Part shown: positions 31,920 through 40,221 of the stretch, piece by piece
Layout: the number at the start of each line of letters is the position of its first letter
Position numbering within the stretch: position 1 is the first letter of the stretch
Source of the DNA: Spirochaetia bacterium
GTDB lineage: Bacteria > Spirochaetota > Spirochaetia > UBA9216
Direction: 5' to 3'
Assembly: GCA_963677925.2 (NCBI GenBank)
Contig: CAXXYH010000003.1
Span: 1,184,001 to 1,248,000, forward strand
Length of the DNA stretch: 64,000 nt
Made by a program: the position numbers and the translations under genes
The notes under the pieces: generated by a model
Databases searched by the model: none
What the model was told of the DNA's origin: nothing
The model's input: the letters and a program-made list of their open reading frames with translations, nothing else

Positions 31920-31969
31920 TGACAGTTTTCACCGAAAACTGTCAAATCTTTTGTCTTTGACAAAAGATT
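31920..31969 (-). mobile_element. 50-bp twin-hairpin mini-element E2
   Basis: Minus strand AATCTTTTGTC-AAA-GACAAAAGATT followed by TGACAGTTTTC-GGT-GAAAACTGTCA; lies between a GAGG RBS-like site and the GTG of GxxExxY copy 2. Confidence 0.75.
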
Positions 31970-32191
31970 CAGCCTCACTGTTTTTGTTTAAACAGGCAGG
32001 CTCACTTTCTGGGTTCTCAAGGCCGGACCATAGGACCGCTTGCCATGGCCTTGCCTGCATGCAGAGCCGAAGGCAAAGCCTGAAATGAGCTGTACAATTA
32101 AAAAAACAGGAGGAAAGAAAAAAGCAAGGTTAATTCCCAAGCTTCTAATCTCTTAAAATCCGTGAACAGCTTCTCTGTTTTACCCCACAAA

Positions 32192-32228
32192 CCGTGTGAC
32201 CACATATCTCTACCCAATATACCCATGG
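32192..32228 (-). repeat. 37-bp GxxExxY-associated repeat R2
   Basis: Minus strand CCATGGGTATATTGGGTAGAGATATGTGGTCACACGG. Confidence 0.9.
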
Positions 32229-32279
32229 CAAAAATCTCTTCCTAAATCACCTAAGCCCGGACAAAAACACACTTTTCAA

Positions 32280-32341
32280 TGACCCGATTAGATGTTATAA
32301 TCTGGTCACATATTGACCCGTTTAATCCATTATTCAGGTCA
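32280..32341 (+). promoter_or_regulatory. fic promoter with tandem TGACC...GGTCA palindromic boxes
   Basis: TGACCCGATTA-N7-TAATCTGGTCA (contains TGnTATAAT) and TGACCCGTTTA-N6-TATTCAGGTCA. Confidence 0.65.
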
Positions 32342-32355
32342 TGGCGAGGACAAAA

Positions 32356-33474
32356 ATGAAATATATCTGGCAGAACAGCAGCTGGCCTGAATGCACATGG
32401 AATACAGACAGAATTATTGACGCTTTAGTTACAGCCCATAAAAAACAGGGGTACATACTGGGAAAGGGCGATTTACTGAATCTTAAGGACATCAGTTATT
32501 TCATATCCGAAGAAGCCATGACAACCTCAGAAATTGAAGGTGAAAAGCTGGACAGAAACTCTGTCCGCTCTTCAGTTGCCAGAAGACTCGGCCTACCGAC
32601 AGCAGGCCTGCCGGAAGTCAGGCGTGAAACAGACGGATTTGTTCAAATTTTAATTGATGCAACATCCAACTATTCCAGTCCGCTGAATAGAGAAAGACTA
32701 TGGGGATGGCATGCAGCACTTTTTCCGACTGGATACTCGGGAATTCAAAGAATAGAAACCGGGTCATGGCGTAAAAATACTGTTCCCATGCAGGTTGTTT
32801 CAGGATCAATGGGAAAGGAGCGGGTTCACTATGAAGTCCCCGGGGCTGATAAAATTGAGCAGGAAATTGAGACTTTCTTATCCTGGTGGAATAATAAGAA
32901 CAATAAAACAGACGGAATTATGCGAGCTGCTATTGCACATTTCTGGTTTGTTACAATTCACCCATTTGAAGATGGCAACGGCAGAATTGCCCGTGCATTG
33001 ACAGACATGGCCCTGGCTCAGGATGAAAAAACCGGAAAACGGCTTTACAGTTTGTCATCGCGGATAAACAGGGAAAAAACAGACTATTATGACATACTTG
33101 AAAATACACAGAAATGCACAGGCGATATAACAGAGTGGCTTTTCTGGTTTCTTCAGATGTACAGCCGAAGCATTGATGATTCTCTCATAATTATTGAAGC
33201 TTCATACTTCAGAGAATCTTTTTACAGGAACCTCAGCAATCTGATACTCAACGAACGGCAGAAAAAGGTTATTGGAAAACTTCTCGACTCTTATCCTGAA
33301 GAATTTACCGGAGGGATGACCAACAGGAAATATGTAGCAATGACAAAGGCCAGTCCTGAAACGGCTAAAAGAGACTTAAAAAAATTACTGGAAGCTGGAG
33401 TTATAGTAAAGAATGAAGCAAAAGGACGCTCTACAAACTACAGTCTTAATTATCAGTTTCCAGAACAAAGATAG
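32356..33474 (+). CDS. Fic family protein (DUF4172 - Fic - winged helix)
   Basis: YIWQNSSWP, TSEIEGE inhibitory-type motif, HPFEDGNGRIAR, C-terminal TAKRDLKKL...GRSTNY. Confidence 0.95.
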   Translation: MKYIWQNSSWPECTWNTDRIIDALVTAHKKQGYILGKGDLLNLKDISYFISEEAMTTSEIEGEKLDRNSVRSSVARRLGLPTAGLPEVRRETDGFVQILIDATSNYSSPLNRERLWGWHAALFPTGYSGIQRIETGSWRKNTVPMQVVSGSMGKERVHYEVPGADKIEQEIETFLSWWNNKNNKTDGIMRAAIAHFWFVTIHPFEDGNGRIARALTDMALAQDEKTGKRLYSLSSRINREKTDYYDILENTQKCTGDITEWLFWFLQMYSRSIDDSLIIIEASYFRESFYRNLSNLILNERQKKVIGKLLDSYPEEFTGGMTNRKYVAMTKASPETAKRDLKKLLEAGVIVKNEAKGRSTNYSLNYQFPEQR

Positions 33475-33601
33475 AAAAAGTCTCCCCATTCCATTACAAA
33501 TTATATAAAATGCTGTGCAAGCTTGTATATTTTAACCCCAAATTTAAATTTACAAGGTTAGAGACTCTTACCAAATCTTAAAAACTTTGAACTTCACCCA
33601 A

Positions 33602-33638
33602 CCGTGTGACCACATATCTTTACCCAATTTAACCGTGG
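33602..33638 (-). repeat. 37-bp repeat R3
   Basis: Minus strand CCACGGTTAAATTGGGTAAAGATATGTGGTCACACGG; 33/37 identical to R2. Confidence 0.9.
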
Positions 33639-33666
33639 CCAATACCCTCTTCTCAACAATTCAGGC

Positions 33667-33696
33667 AAAAAAAAGAGCACCTTTTCAGGTACTCTT
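33667..33696 (-). terminator. Intrinsic terminator after the duplicated tRNA 3' end
   Basis: AAGAGTACCT-GAAA-AGGTGCTCTT plus T-run. Confidence 0.8.
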
Positions 33697-33706
33697 ACAA
33701 ACGGTA

Positions 33707-33720
33707 TCGGGCTGGCCGGA
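33707..33720 (-). repeat. 14-bp duplicate of the tRNA-Pro 3' end (att-like core)
   Basis: TCGGGCTGGCCGGA, identical to 33798-33811. Confidence 0.8.
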
Positions 33721-33758
33721 AGACGGCGGAGTGCCGGCGCCCGGCGGACCAGTTGACG

Positions 33759-33788
33759 AAAAAAGCCACTCTTTTCAGAGTGGCTTTT
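33759..33788 (-). terminator. tRNA-Pro intrinsic terminator
   Basis: AAAAGCCACTCT-GAAA-AGAGTGGCTTTTTT. Confidence 0.85.
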
Positions 33789-33797
33789 GAGTAGTAG

Positions 33798-33871
33798 TCG
33801 GGCTGGCCGGATTTGAACCGGCGACCCCAAGTCCCCCAGACTTGTACGCTAAACCCCTGCGCTACAGCCCG
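33798..33871 (-). tRNA. tRNA-Pro (GGG)
   Basis: Acceptor CGGGCTG/CAGCCCG-A, anticodon arm CAAGT-CT-GGG-GG-ACTTG, T-arm GCCGG-TTCAAAT-CCGGC; CCA not encoded. Confidence 0.97.
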
Positions 33872-33905
33872 TTATGTGCTGGTAAAGATACCACTTAAAT
33901 GCTTT

Positions 33906-34709
33906 TTATGTCAATAAATCCGGATACACCTTTTCAATCCATTTCTGCGAATCCATCGGAGGCCTCTTATACCCCTCAGGCGACTGGCGCTCGGGCAGAT
34001 CTATAGGTTCAGGAGTAAGATCATGATACGGAATCTGCTTTAAAAAATGATTGATGGTATTAAGCCTGGCGCAGAACTTGTCATCAGCATCCACAACATT
34101 CCAGGGAGAATCAGGCAGATCCGAGAAGGCAAACATCTCATCCTTTGCCTTCGAATACTCCACCCACTTTGAACGGGCCGTCATATCCATCGGACTGAGC
34201 TTCCAGCGCTTTGCAGGGTCTTTAAGCCTGTCTCTGAACCGTTTTTCCTGCTCCTCATCGCTTACCGAGAACCAGTATTTAATAAGAATAATCCCGCTTC
34301 GAATCAGCATCCGCTCAAACTCGGGTAGTGAGCGCTTGAACTCATCATATTCATCAGGGGTGCAGAAGCCCATAACATGCTCGACTCCCGCCCTGTTGTA
34401 CCAGGAACGGTCAAAAAAGACCATTTCACCGGCCGATGGAAGATGAGTCACATATCGCTGAAAGTACCACTGACTCTTCTCCTTCTCTGTAGGAACAGGC
34501 AGCGCCACAACCCTTGCACCGCGCGGATTTAATCCGGCAGTAATAACCTTAATCACGCCGCCCTTCCCTGCCGCATCACGGCCCTCAAAAAGAACAACAA
34601 CCTTTAATCCCTGCTTCTTAATCCACTGCTGCTGTTTAACAAGCTCAGTAGTAAGTCTTTTCAGCTCTTTCAGATACTCTTTCTTCTTAAGCCTGGATTT
34701 TGTTCCCAT
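33906..34709 (-). CDS. ppk2: Polyphosphate kinase 2
   Basis: FEGRDAAGKGG, FFDRSWYNRAGVE, KRWKLSPMD. Confidence 0.97.
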   Translation of the reverse strand: MGTKSRLKKKEYLKELKRLTTELVKQQQWIKKQGLKVVVLFEGRDAAGKGGVIKVITAGLNPRGARVVALPVPTEKEKSQWYFQRYVTHLPSAGEMVFFDRSWYNRAGVEHVMGFCTPDEYDEFKRSLPEFERMLIRSGIILIKYWFSVSDEEQEKRFRDRLKDPAKRWKLSPMDMTARSKWVEYSKAKDEMFAFSDLPDSPWNVVDADDKFCARLNTINHFLKQIPYHDLTPEPIDLPERQSPEGYKRPPMDSQKWIEKVYPDLLT

Positions 34710-34857
34710 TCAAAAGCCTCCTGCAGATGGTATACCCGAATTTTAAACTCATCTGCAGTATGAAAGCAAATTTTATTTTTTATTGCCTGTATTGGTTTCT
34801 TACTATATACTTCTATAAAATTTCACAAATAGGCGTAAATTACCGAAAAAAAGACAA

Positions 34858-35973
34858 ATGGCTGATAACAATATACTTGAACAGTTCAATAAAATGCAGC
34901 AAACCGGCGCGCTCAGCGATCTGGCGGCATTACGGCGTGAAAACCGTGAGCTAGAAAAGATAATTACCGATGCGGCGCTTTTAATTACCAATTCCAATGT
35001 TGACGGAATGCTGCAGTTCATGATCAGCAGAATACTCGATCATTTTATTCCCCAGTTTCTCGCTTTTATCATTGAACCGCCCAGAGGCAAAAACCTGCGC
35101 GAGTATACCTACAGGAATCTCAAAGAAGTCGATGACAAAATCCCTGCGCGGTACTACGACCTTCTCAAAGAACATTTTATGCATACCCCTGCGGCAGCCA
35201 GTTTCAAAGATCTTGAAAAAGCTCTGGGTGCAGATAACTTCGGAGATGATTTCCGAGGATTCGGGCCTGAACTGATTTATCCGATGCACGGTATCGGCGG
35301 CCTCTACGGTCTTGTAATACTGGGTAAAAAGTTTACTGCCGATGAATACGGTGAACTTGAAAAACTGTACATGGACAGGATGATCCGCTTTCTTTCTGTG
35401 AGCATACAGAACGGACTTCATCATGAAAGCTCCATCACCGATCCTAAGACCGGTCTGTTCAACTATGATTACTTTATAAGCAGAGTCGATGAAGAAATTG
35501 CCCACGCAGGCAGGCATGGAGTAAGATCCGGAATGCTGATACTTGATGTGGACAAGTTTAAGAATTTCAACGATACCCACGGCCATGTAGCCGGTGATGA
35601 AGCCCTTGTAACCCTGTCAAATGTACTTAGAAAAAGCACCAGAGCCGAGGACTGTGTATCCCGCTTCGGCGGAGAAGAGTTCTCTATACTCATTGCAAAC
35701 TGCAACTCTGCCCTGCTCAAAGAAATTGCTGAAAGAATCAGGAAATCAGTCGAGGAAATGCCGATCCATTTTGAATCAAAGAAACTCAATATTACAGTCA
35801 GCATAGGCGCCAGGATGATCGAATTTACTCCGGGACGAAATGCAGTAAATTTGCTTGAGGATGCCGACAAAGCCCTGTATAATGCAAAGGAAGGCGGAAG
35901 AAACCGTGTAGTCCTTTACGCCTCCGGCTTTCTTGGAAAAGCCGAGGTTACCAGAGAGGGAATACAAAAATAG
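34858..35973 (+). CDS. Diguanylate cyclase with N-terminal GAF-like region
   Basis: TDPKTGLFN, DVDKFKNFND, RAED I-site, RFGGEEF. Confidence 0.93.
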   Translation: MADNNILEQFNKMQQTGALSDLAALRRENRELEKIITDAALLITNSNVDGMLQFMISRILDHFIPQFLAFIIEPPRGKNLREYTYRNLKEVDDKIPARYYDLLKEHFMHTPAAASFKDLEKALGADNFGDDFRGFGPELIYPMHGIGGLYGLVILGKKFTADEYGELEKLYMDRMIRFLSVSIQNGLHHESSITDPKTGLFNYDYFISRVDEEIAHAGRHGVRSGMLILDVDKFKNFNDTHGHVAGDEALVTLSNVLRKSTRAEDCVSRFGGEEFSILIANCNSALLKEIAERIRKSVEEMPIHFESKKLNITVSIGARMIEFTPGRNAVNLLEDADKALYNAKEGGRNRVVLYASGFLGKAEVTREGIQK

Positions 35974-36087
35974 TAGTACTAATTTACTAGCAGTTTTACT
36001 GAATTCATTAGAAAATTAATGAAATTAGCGTACTTCTGATGTAAAATATTCCTGATGAGACTTGCATTGGTTTCACAGGAGGATACT

Positions 36088-36300
36088 ATGCCGGGTAAAC
36101 CTAAACTTAAGATTGGGAGTTACCTTGTTTCAAGAGGCCTGATTTCAGTCGAACAGGCAAAAAAGATTAAACTGATCCAGGATAAACTTGGACCGGATAA
36201 TTCTGAAAGATTCGGCAGAATAGCCGTAGAAGTTGGCTTTATCAAAGAAAGCGAACTTAAACAGGCCATGCGTGAAAAGCATGAGCTTGAAAACAAGTGA
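36088..36300 (+). CDS. Small standalone MshEN-like (c-di-GMP-binding) protein
   Basis: RBS AGGAGG; tandem motifs KIGSYLVSRGLISVEQAKKIKLIQ and RFGRIAVEVGFIKESELKQAM. Confidence 0.7.
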   Translation: MPGKPKLKIGSYLVSRGLISVEQAKKIKLIQDKLGPDNSERFGRIAVEVGFIKESELKQAMREKHELENK

Positions 36301-36315
36301 GAAAAACAGCCGGAA

Positions 36316-36837
36316 TTGAACGAACGAATATTACTTATAATAGATATGCAGCAGGCTCTGGCTGATGAACAGCCCTACGACTATGACATCGTCTTAAATA
36401 ATATTCAGCAGCTTCTTATCAACCAGCGTATTAATCGCCAGCCCGTTATTCACGTTCAGCACTGCGCCGGACGCGGCACAGAACTTGAACCTGACACCCC
36501 GGGCTGGCAGATAGTTGAAGAGCTGAAACCTGCAGAGGGTGAGCTTGTAATAAAAAAGCGCTTCAACTGCGCCTTCAAATACACAAAACTTGAAGAAGAA
36601 ATACGAAAACACGGCGATTTTGCAGAGCTGATGATAACCGGAATGCAGACTGAATACTGCGTTGACACAACAATACGGTCTGCATTTGAAAAAAGCTTCA
36701 AAGTGATTGTCCCCGAAAAGACCCACACCACATTTGATAATGAATATCTAACTGCCGAGCAGATATATAACCATCATAACAGAATCTTCAAAAACCGCTT
36801 TGCAGAGATAATTCCGGTCGAAGATCTGCTGCAGTAA
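36316..36837 (+). CDS. Isochorismatase-family cysteine hydrolase
   Basis: LLIIDMQ, K...F, TGMQTEYCVDTT. Confidence 0.92.
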   Translation: MNERILLIIDMQQALADEQPYDYDIVLNNIQQLLINQRINRQPVIHVQHCAGRGTELEPDTPGWQIVEELKPAEGELVIKKRFNCAFKYTKLEEEIRKHGDFAELMITGMQTEYCVDTTIRSAFEKSFKVIVPEKTHTTFDNEYLTAEQIYNHHNRIFKNRFAEIIPVEDLLQ

Positions 36838-36929
36838 CTAAACCTGAACTAAACAATTGCAATTCATAAAACATAAGCCTTAGCTTCCTTCTTGAAAATT
36901 TCGCGGTATTGCGGTAGCTTCAAGATACC

Positions 36930-38522
36930 TTGAAAATAATATTTACCGTAATACATATAGAAAACACCCCTCCAGCCTTCCCCCTTGCAGCTGCCGTTCT
37001 TAAAACCGCAGTTGAACAGAACCCGCAGCTTGCCGGGTGGAGTACAGGAATCAGAGATTTCTACCTTCCCGCAGAACCTGAAGCAATTGCTGCAAAGCTG
37101 ACCGGGACAGGGTCCGAAGTTATAGCCTTTTCATGCTATACGTGGAATGCTGAGACAGTTCTGCAGACAGCTGCTGCCATCCGCACCAACAGCCCCGGAA
37201 CCATCCTTATTGCCGGAGGGCCCCAGGTAACAGCCGCGGCGGAAGATTTTACAGGCTCATCACTTTTTAATTTTCTGGTAACCGGTGAAGGTGAAAAAGC
37301 AGTTCAGCAGATTCTGTCAAATCTGCCTGCCGAGAGAGATGAGATTGAAAAACTTGCAGCAGAATCTGTAAATATTCTTATTCACAGCGATACTGCTGAT
37401 TTTTCATCATCAGTATCCCCCTACCCGTCTTTACTCTCGGCAAAATCAAGATACAAGGGTGTACTCTGGGAAATTACACGAGGATGTCCCTATAACTGCA
37501 GTTTCTGCTATGAAGCCGGAGGCGAGAAAGGAATCAGGCAGATCAGCCCCACCCGTATCAGAGAGGAGCTGGAATTTTTCCGTTCCCTTAAAGTAAAAAA
37601 GATATGGGTCCTTGACCCGACCTTCAACTTCAAAAGTTCCAAGGCTGCTGAAATCCTTAGATTGATTATTGAGACCTACCCTGACGCCGAATATACATTT
37701 GAAATAAGAGTCGAACTGATGACCCGTGAACTCTGCGAGCTTTTTTCAGATCTTGACTGTAGCCTTCAGATAGGCCTTCAAAGCACCGATGACTATGTTT
37801 TAAAACTGGCAAACAGAAAACTTGATGCTCAAAAATTTATAAACAACTGCATGATGATGAGTGATTACGGACTTCGTTTCGGAATAGATCTGATATACGG
37901 CCTGCCGGGTGACAGCATTGAAAAATTTATTAAATCACTCGATTTTGCAGTTTCCGCAATGCCGAACAACATAGATATTTTTCCACTTTCAGTTCTGCCC
38001 GGAACAAAACTTAGTACACAAGCACAGGATTTCGGCATACAGCACACAGGCTTCCCCGATTACAGAATAACCGGCTCGGATTCATTTTCACAAAAGAATC
38101 TTACAGAAGCTGATGAGCTTACTGCCGTACTGGACCGGGTTTACAACATAGAACGCTCATTTATATGGCTCGGAGCCGTCTGCAGAGAACTGAATCTGAA
38201 ACCGTCTGCTCTTCTGATGCGTATGGCAGGTACAGAAAACTTCAGCAGCCTTACAACTGCAGAGTTTCTGAAAGACACTTTCCTGAGCACCGGAAAAAAG
38301 CAAATCTGGCAGATAATCAGAAGTTTTATAGTCTGGAGTGAAGCCGCAGAGAAAGCCTTTGACTGTCCCGGAGAACAGATAAAAATCACACTTTCCTACC
38401 CCCCTGAAATACTCGATGAACTGATTACCAGCCCTGCATCAGACATCATCAAGGCTAACGGTCAAAGCCGTGAAAAAAGTTACACCCTGTTTTTTGACGG
38501 TGAAGAACTCTATATAAATTAG
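36930..38522 (+). CDS. B12-binding domain radical SAM protein
   Basis: AFSCYTWN and AGGPQV (B12 domain); TRGCPYNCSFC; DLIYGLPG. Confidence 0.92.
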   Translation: MKIIFTVIHIENTPPAFPLAAAVLKTAVEQNPQLAGWSTGIRDFYLPAEPEAIAAKLTGTGSEVIAFSCYTWNAETVLQTAAAIRTNSPGTILIAGGPQVTAAAEDFTGSSLFNFLVTGEGEKAVQQILSNLPAERDEIEKLAAESVNILIHSDTADFSSSVSPYPSLLSAKSRYKGVLWEITRGCPYNCSFCYEAGGEKGIRQISPTRIREELEFFRSLKVKKIWVLDPTFNFKSSKAAEILRLIIETYPDAEYTFEIRVELMTRELCELFSDLDCSLQIGLQSTDDYVLKLANRKLDAQKFINNCMMMSDYGLRFGIDLIYGLPGDSIEKFIKSLDFAVSAMPNNIDIFPLSVLPGTKLSTQAQDFGIQHTGFPDYRITGSDSFSQKNLTEADELTAVLDRVYNIERSFIWLGAVCRELNLKPSALLMRMAGTENFSSLTTAEFLKDTFLSTGKKQIWQIIRSFIVWSEAAEKAFDCPGEQIKITLSYPPEILDELITSPASDIIKANGQSREKSYTLFFDGEELYIN

Positions 38523-38789
38523 ACAGCTGTAAAGGACGGGGGAAAATCACTTTTTTAAATGGCCGGTAATGCTGTAAAAACCGGACTTCTGCATAAATAA
38601 TTAATAGGAGGACACCTGGATTATTCAGCATCCGGAATATCTTATACAGCATGACCGGTTCTGTCCAATTTAATGTATTTATAAAGATGATAGCTCAGGG
38701 CTATAGTTTAATCAGCGGCTCATAATTTGACGCGCATATTAGTAATCTTACTGCTTGTTCCCCTGACGGCTCAGTGATATACTTAACAT

Positions 38790-40220
38790 ATGTACAGTTA
38801 TTCTATAAAACCTGATGTACCTCAGAAACTTACAGAACTTGCAGAATCGGCCAGGTACGATGTCTGCCTTGCAACATGTTCGACAGGAAAAAGCGGACAG
38901 AGAGGCCGTACACGGGACCCTCAGAACCCGCTTACCGACTGGATCTACCCTGCATCCGTTCCCGGACAGGGAACTGTATTCATACTTAAAGTCCTGCAAT
39001 CCAACCAGTGCAGAAATAAATGTACATACTGCAAATTCGCAGCAGACAACGGCAGCCTTCGCCGTGTAACAATGTCCCCGGAAGAGCTATCAGCATCTTT
39101 TATACAGATGTACCGTGCGAGGCTTGTGGACGGTTTGTTTGTTTCATCAGGGGTTTCATGCAGTCCGGACTCATCGATGCAGAACCTGGTCAAAACCGCA
39201 GAAATTCTCCGATTCAAATACAAATTCAGGGGCTATCTGCATTTAAAGGTAATTCCCGGCTGCTCAGAGAATCTCATAGAAGCAGCAGCCCGGTATGCAG
39301 ACAGGCTGTCCATCAACCTTGAAGCCCCTGAAGCCGGCTACCTCCATCAGATAGCACCTGATAAGGATTTATACAAAGACATACTGCCTGCTGCAGAATC
39401 AGTTGCCGGACTGCTGCAGAAAAAAGCAGAAGGCGGCCCTCAATCCTATATCAGGGCTAAAAGCCAGACCACCCAGTTTGTAGTAGGCGCAGCGGATGAA
39501 AAGGATCTGGACATCATGAACACAGTTGATTACCTTTACCGTGATTTTCACATGTTCAGGGCATATTTCTCCGCCTACCAGCAGAGAGGCGGCTATGACA
39601 GACAGGCGGCATCCGAAAATAAAGCTGGTGATGAATTCAAAGGTTCCCCGCTTTTAAGGGAACACCGCCTTTACCAGTGCGATTTTCTGTTAAGGGCGTA
39701 CGGTTTCCGCCTCCCCGACCTTGTTTTTGATGAAACGGGAAATATACCTCTTGAGACCGATCCCAAGACAGCATATGCAGTAATGAACCAGGGCCTTTTT
39801 CCGGTTGATATAAACAGGGCCTCAATAGAGGAACTGCTCAGAGTGCCTGGCATAGGCCCGCAATCTGCGGAACGTATAGTCAGCACACGCTCAATTGATA
39901 AATTCAGGAGCCTCGATGAGCTTAAGGCAACAGGAGCATGGACACGGAGGGCGGCTTCATGGATTGAAATAGACGGAAGAAGACCGGATATCCCAGATAG
40001 AAAAAATACCGATCATGAGTTCGATGCTGAGCAGGGATGGCTGTTTGAAGAACTTGCACCTGAAAACTGGAAGACTTCGATGGAAAGAAAGGATCTTGAT
40101 TATAAATCCCGGAAACATATGCCGAAGTCTGATGAAAGGATCTATGAATACCCTGGCCAGAAAGGAAAATGGGTTAATTATCAGATAAAAAAGAAGGATC
40201 CGAAAATAATGTGCAGATAA
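38790..40220 (+). CDS. Putative DNA modification/repair radical SAM protein with HhH motif (TIGR03916-like)
   Basis: CRNKCTYC, GYLHLK, DRLSINLE, REHRLYQCDFLLR, ELLRVPGIG. Confidence 0.9.
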   Translation: MYSYSIKPDVPQKLTELAESARYDVCLATCSTGKSGQRGRTRDPQNPLTDWIYPASVPGQGTVFILKVLQSNQCRNKCTYCKFAADNGSLRRVTMSPEELSASFIQMYRARLVDGLFVSSGVSCSPDSSMQNLVKTAEILRFKYKFRGYLHLKVIPGCSENLIEAAARYADRLSINLEAPEAGYLHQIAPDKDLYKDILPAAESVAGLLQKKAEGGPQSYIRAKSQTTQFVVGAADEKDLDIMNTVDYLYRDFHMFRAYFSAYQQRGGYDRQAASENKAGDEFKGSPLLREHRLYQCDFLLRAYGFRLPDLVFDETGNIPLETDPKTAYAVMNQGLFPVDINRASIEELLRVPGIGPQSAERIVSTRSIDKFRSLDELKATGAWTRRAASWIEIDGRRPDIPDRKNTDHEFDAEQGWLFEELAPENWKTSMERKDLDYKSRKHMPKSDERIYEYPGQKGKWVNYQIKKKDPKIMCR

Positions 40221-40221
40221 A

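Larger units (their letters stand above)
23116..33811. mobile_element. Putative defence island adjacent to tRNA-Pro
   Basis: AT-rich nuclease/helicase/Fic cargo, tRNA 3'-end duplication, inverted GxxExxY genes and repeats. No integrase seen; left boundary uncertain. Confidence 0.55.

Noticed and set aside
23116-33638. 37-bp repeats as a CRISPR array
   Set aside because: Only three copies, 1.4 and 9 kb apart, in mixed orientation, with no spacer-sized gaps and no cas genes.
23116-33811. Intact prophage, ICE or integron
   Set aside because: No integrase, structural, conjugation or intI genes; the repeats lack the attC RYYYAAC...GTTRRRY pattern.
33587-33830. ORFs 33587..33790 and 33594..33830
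   Set aside because: They overlap the tRNA, terminators and repeat R3; spurious translations.
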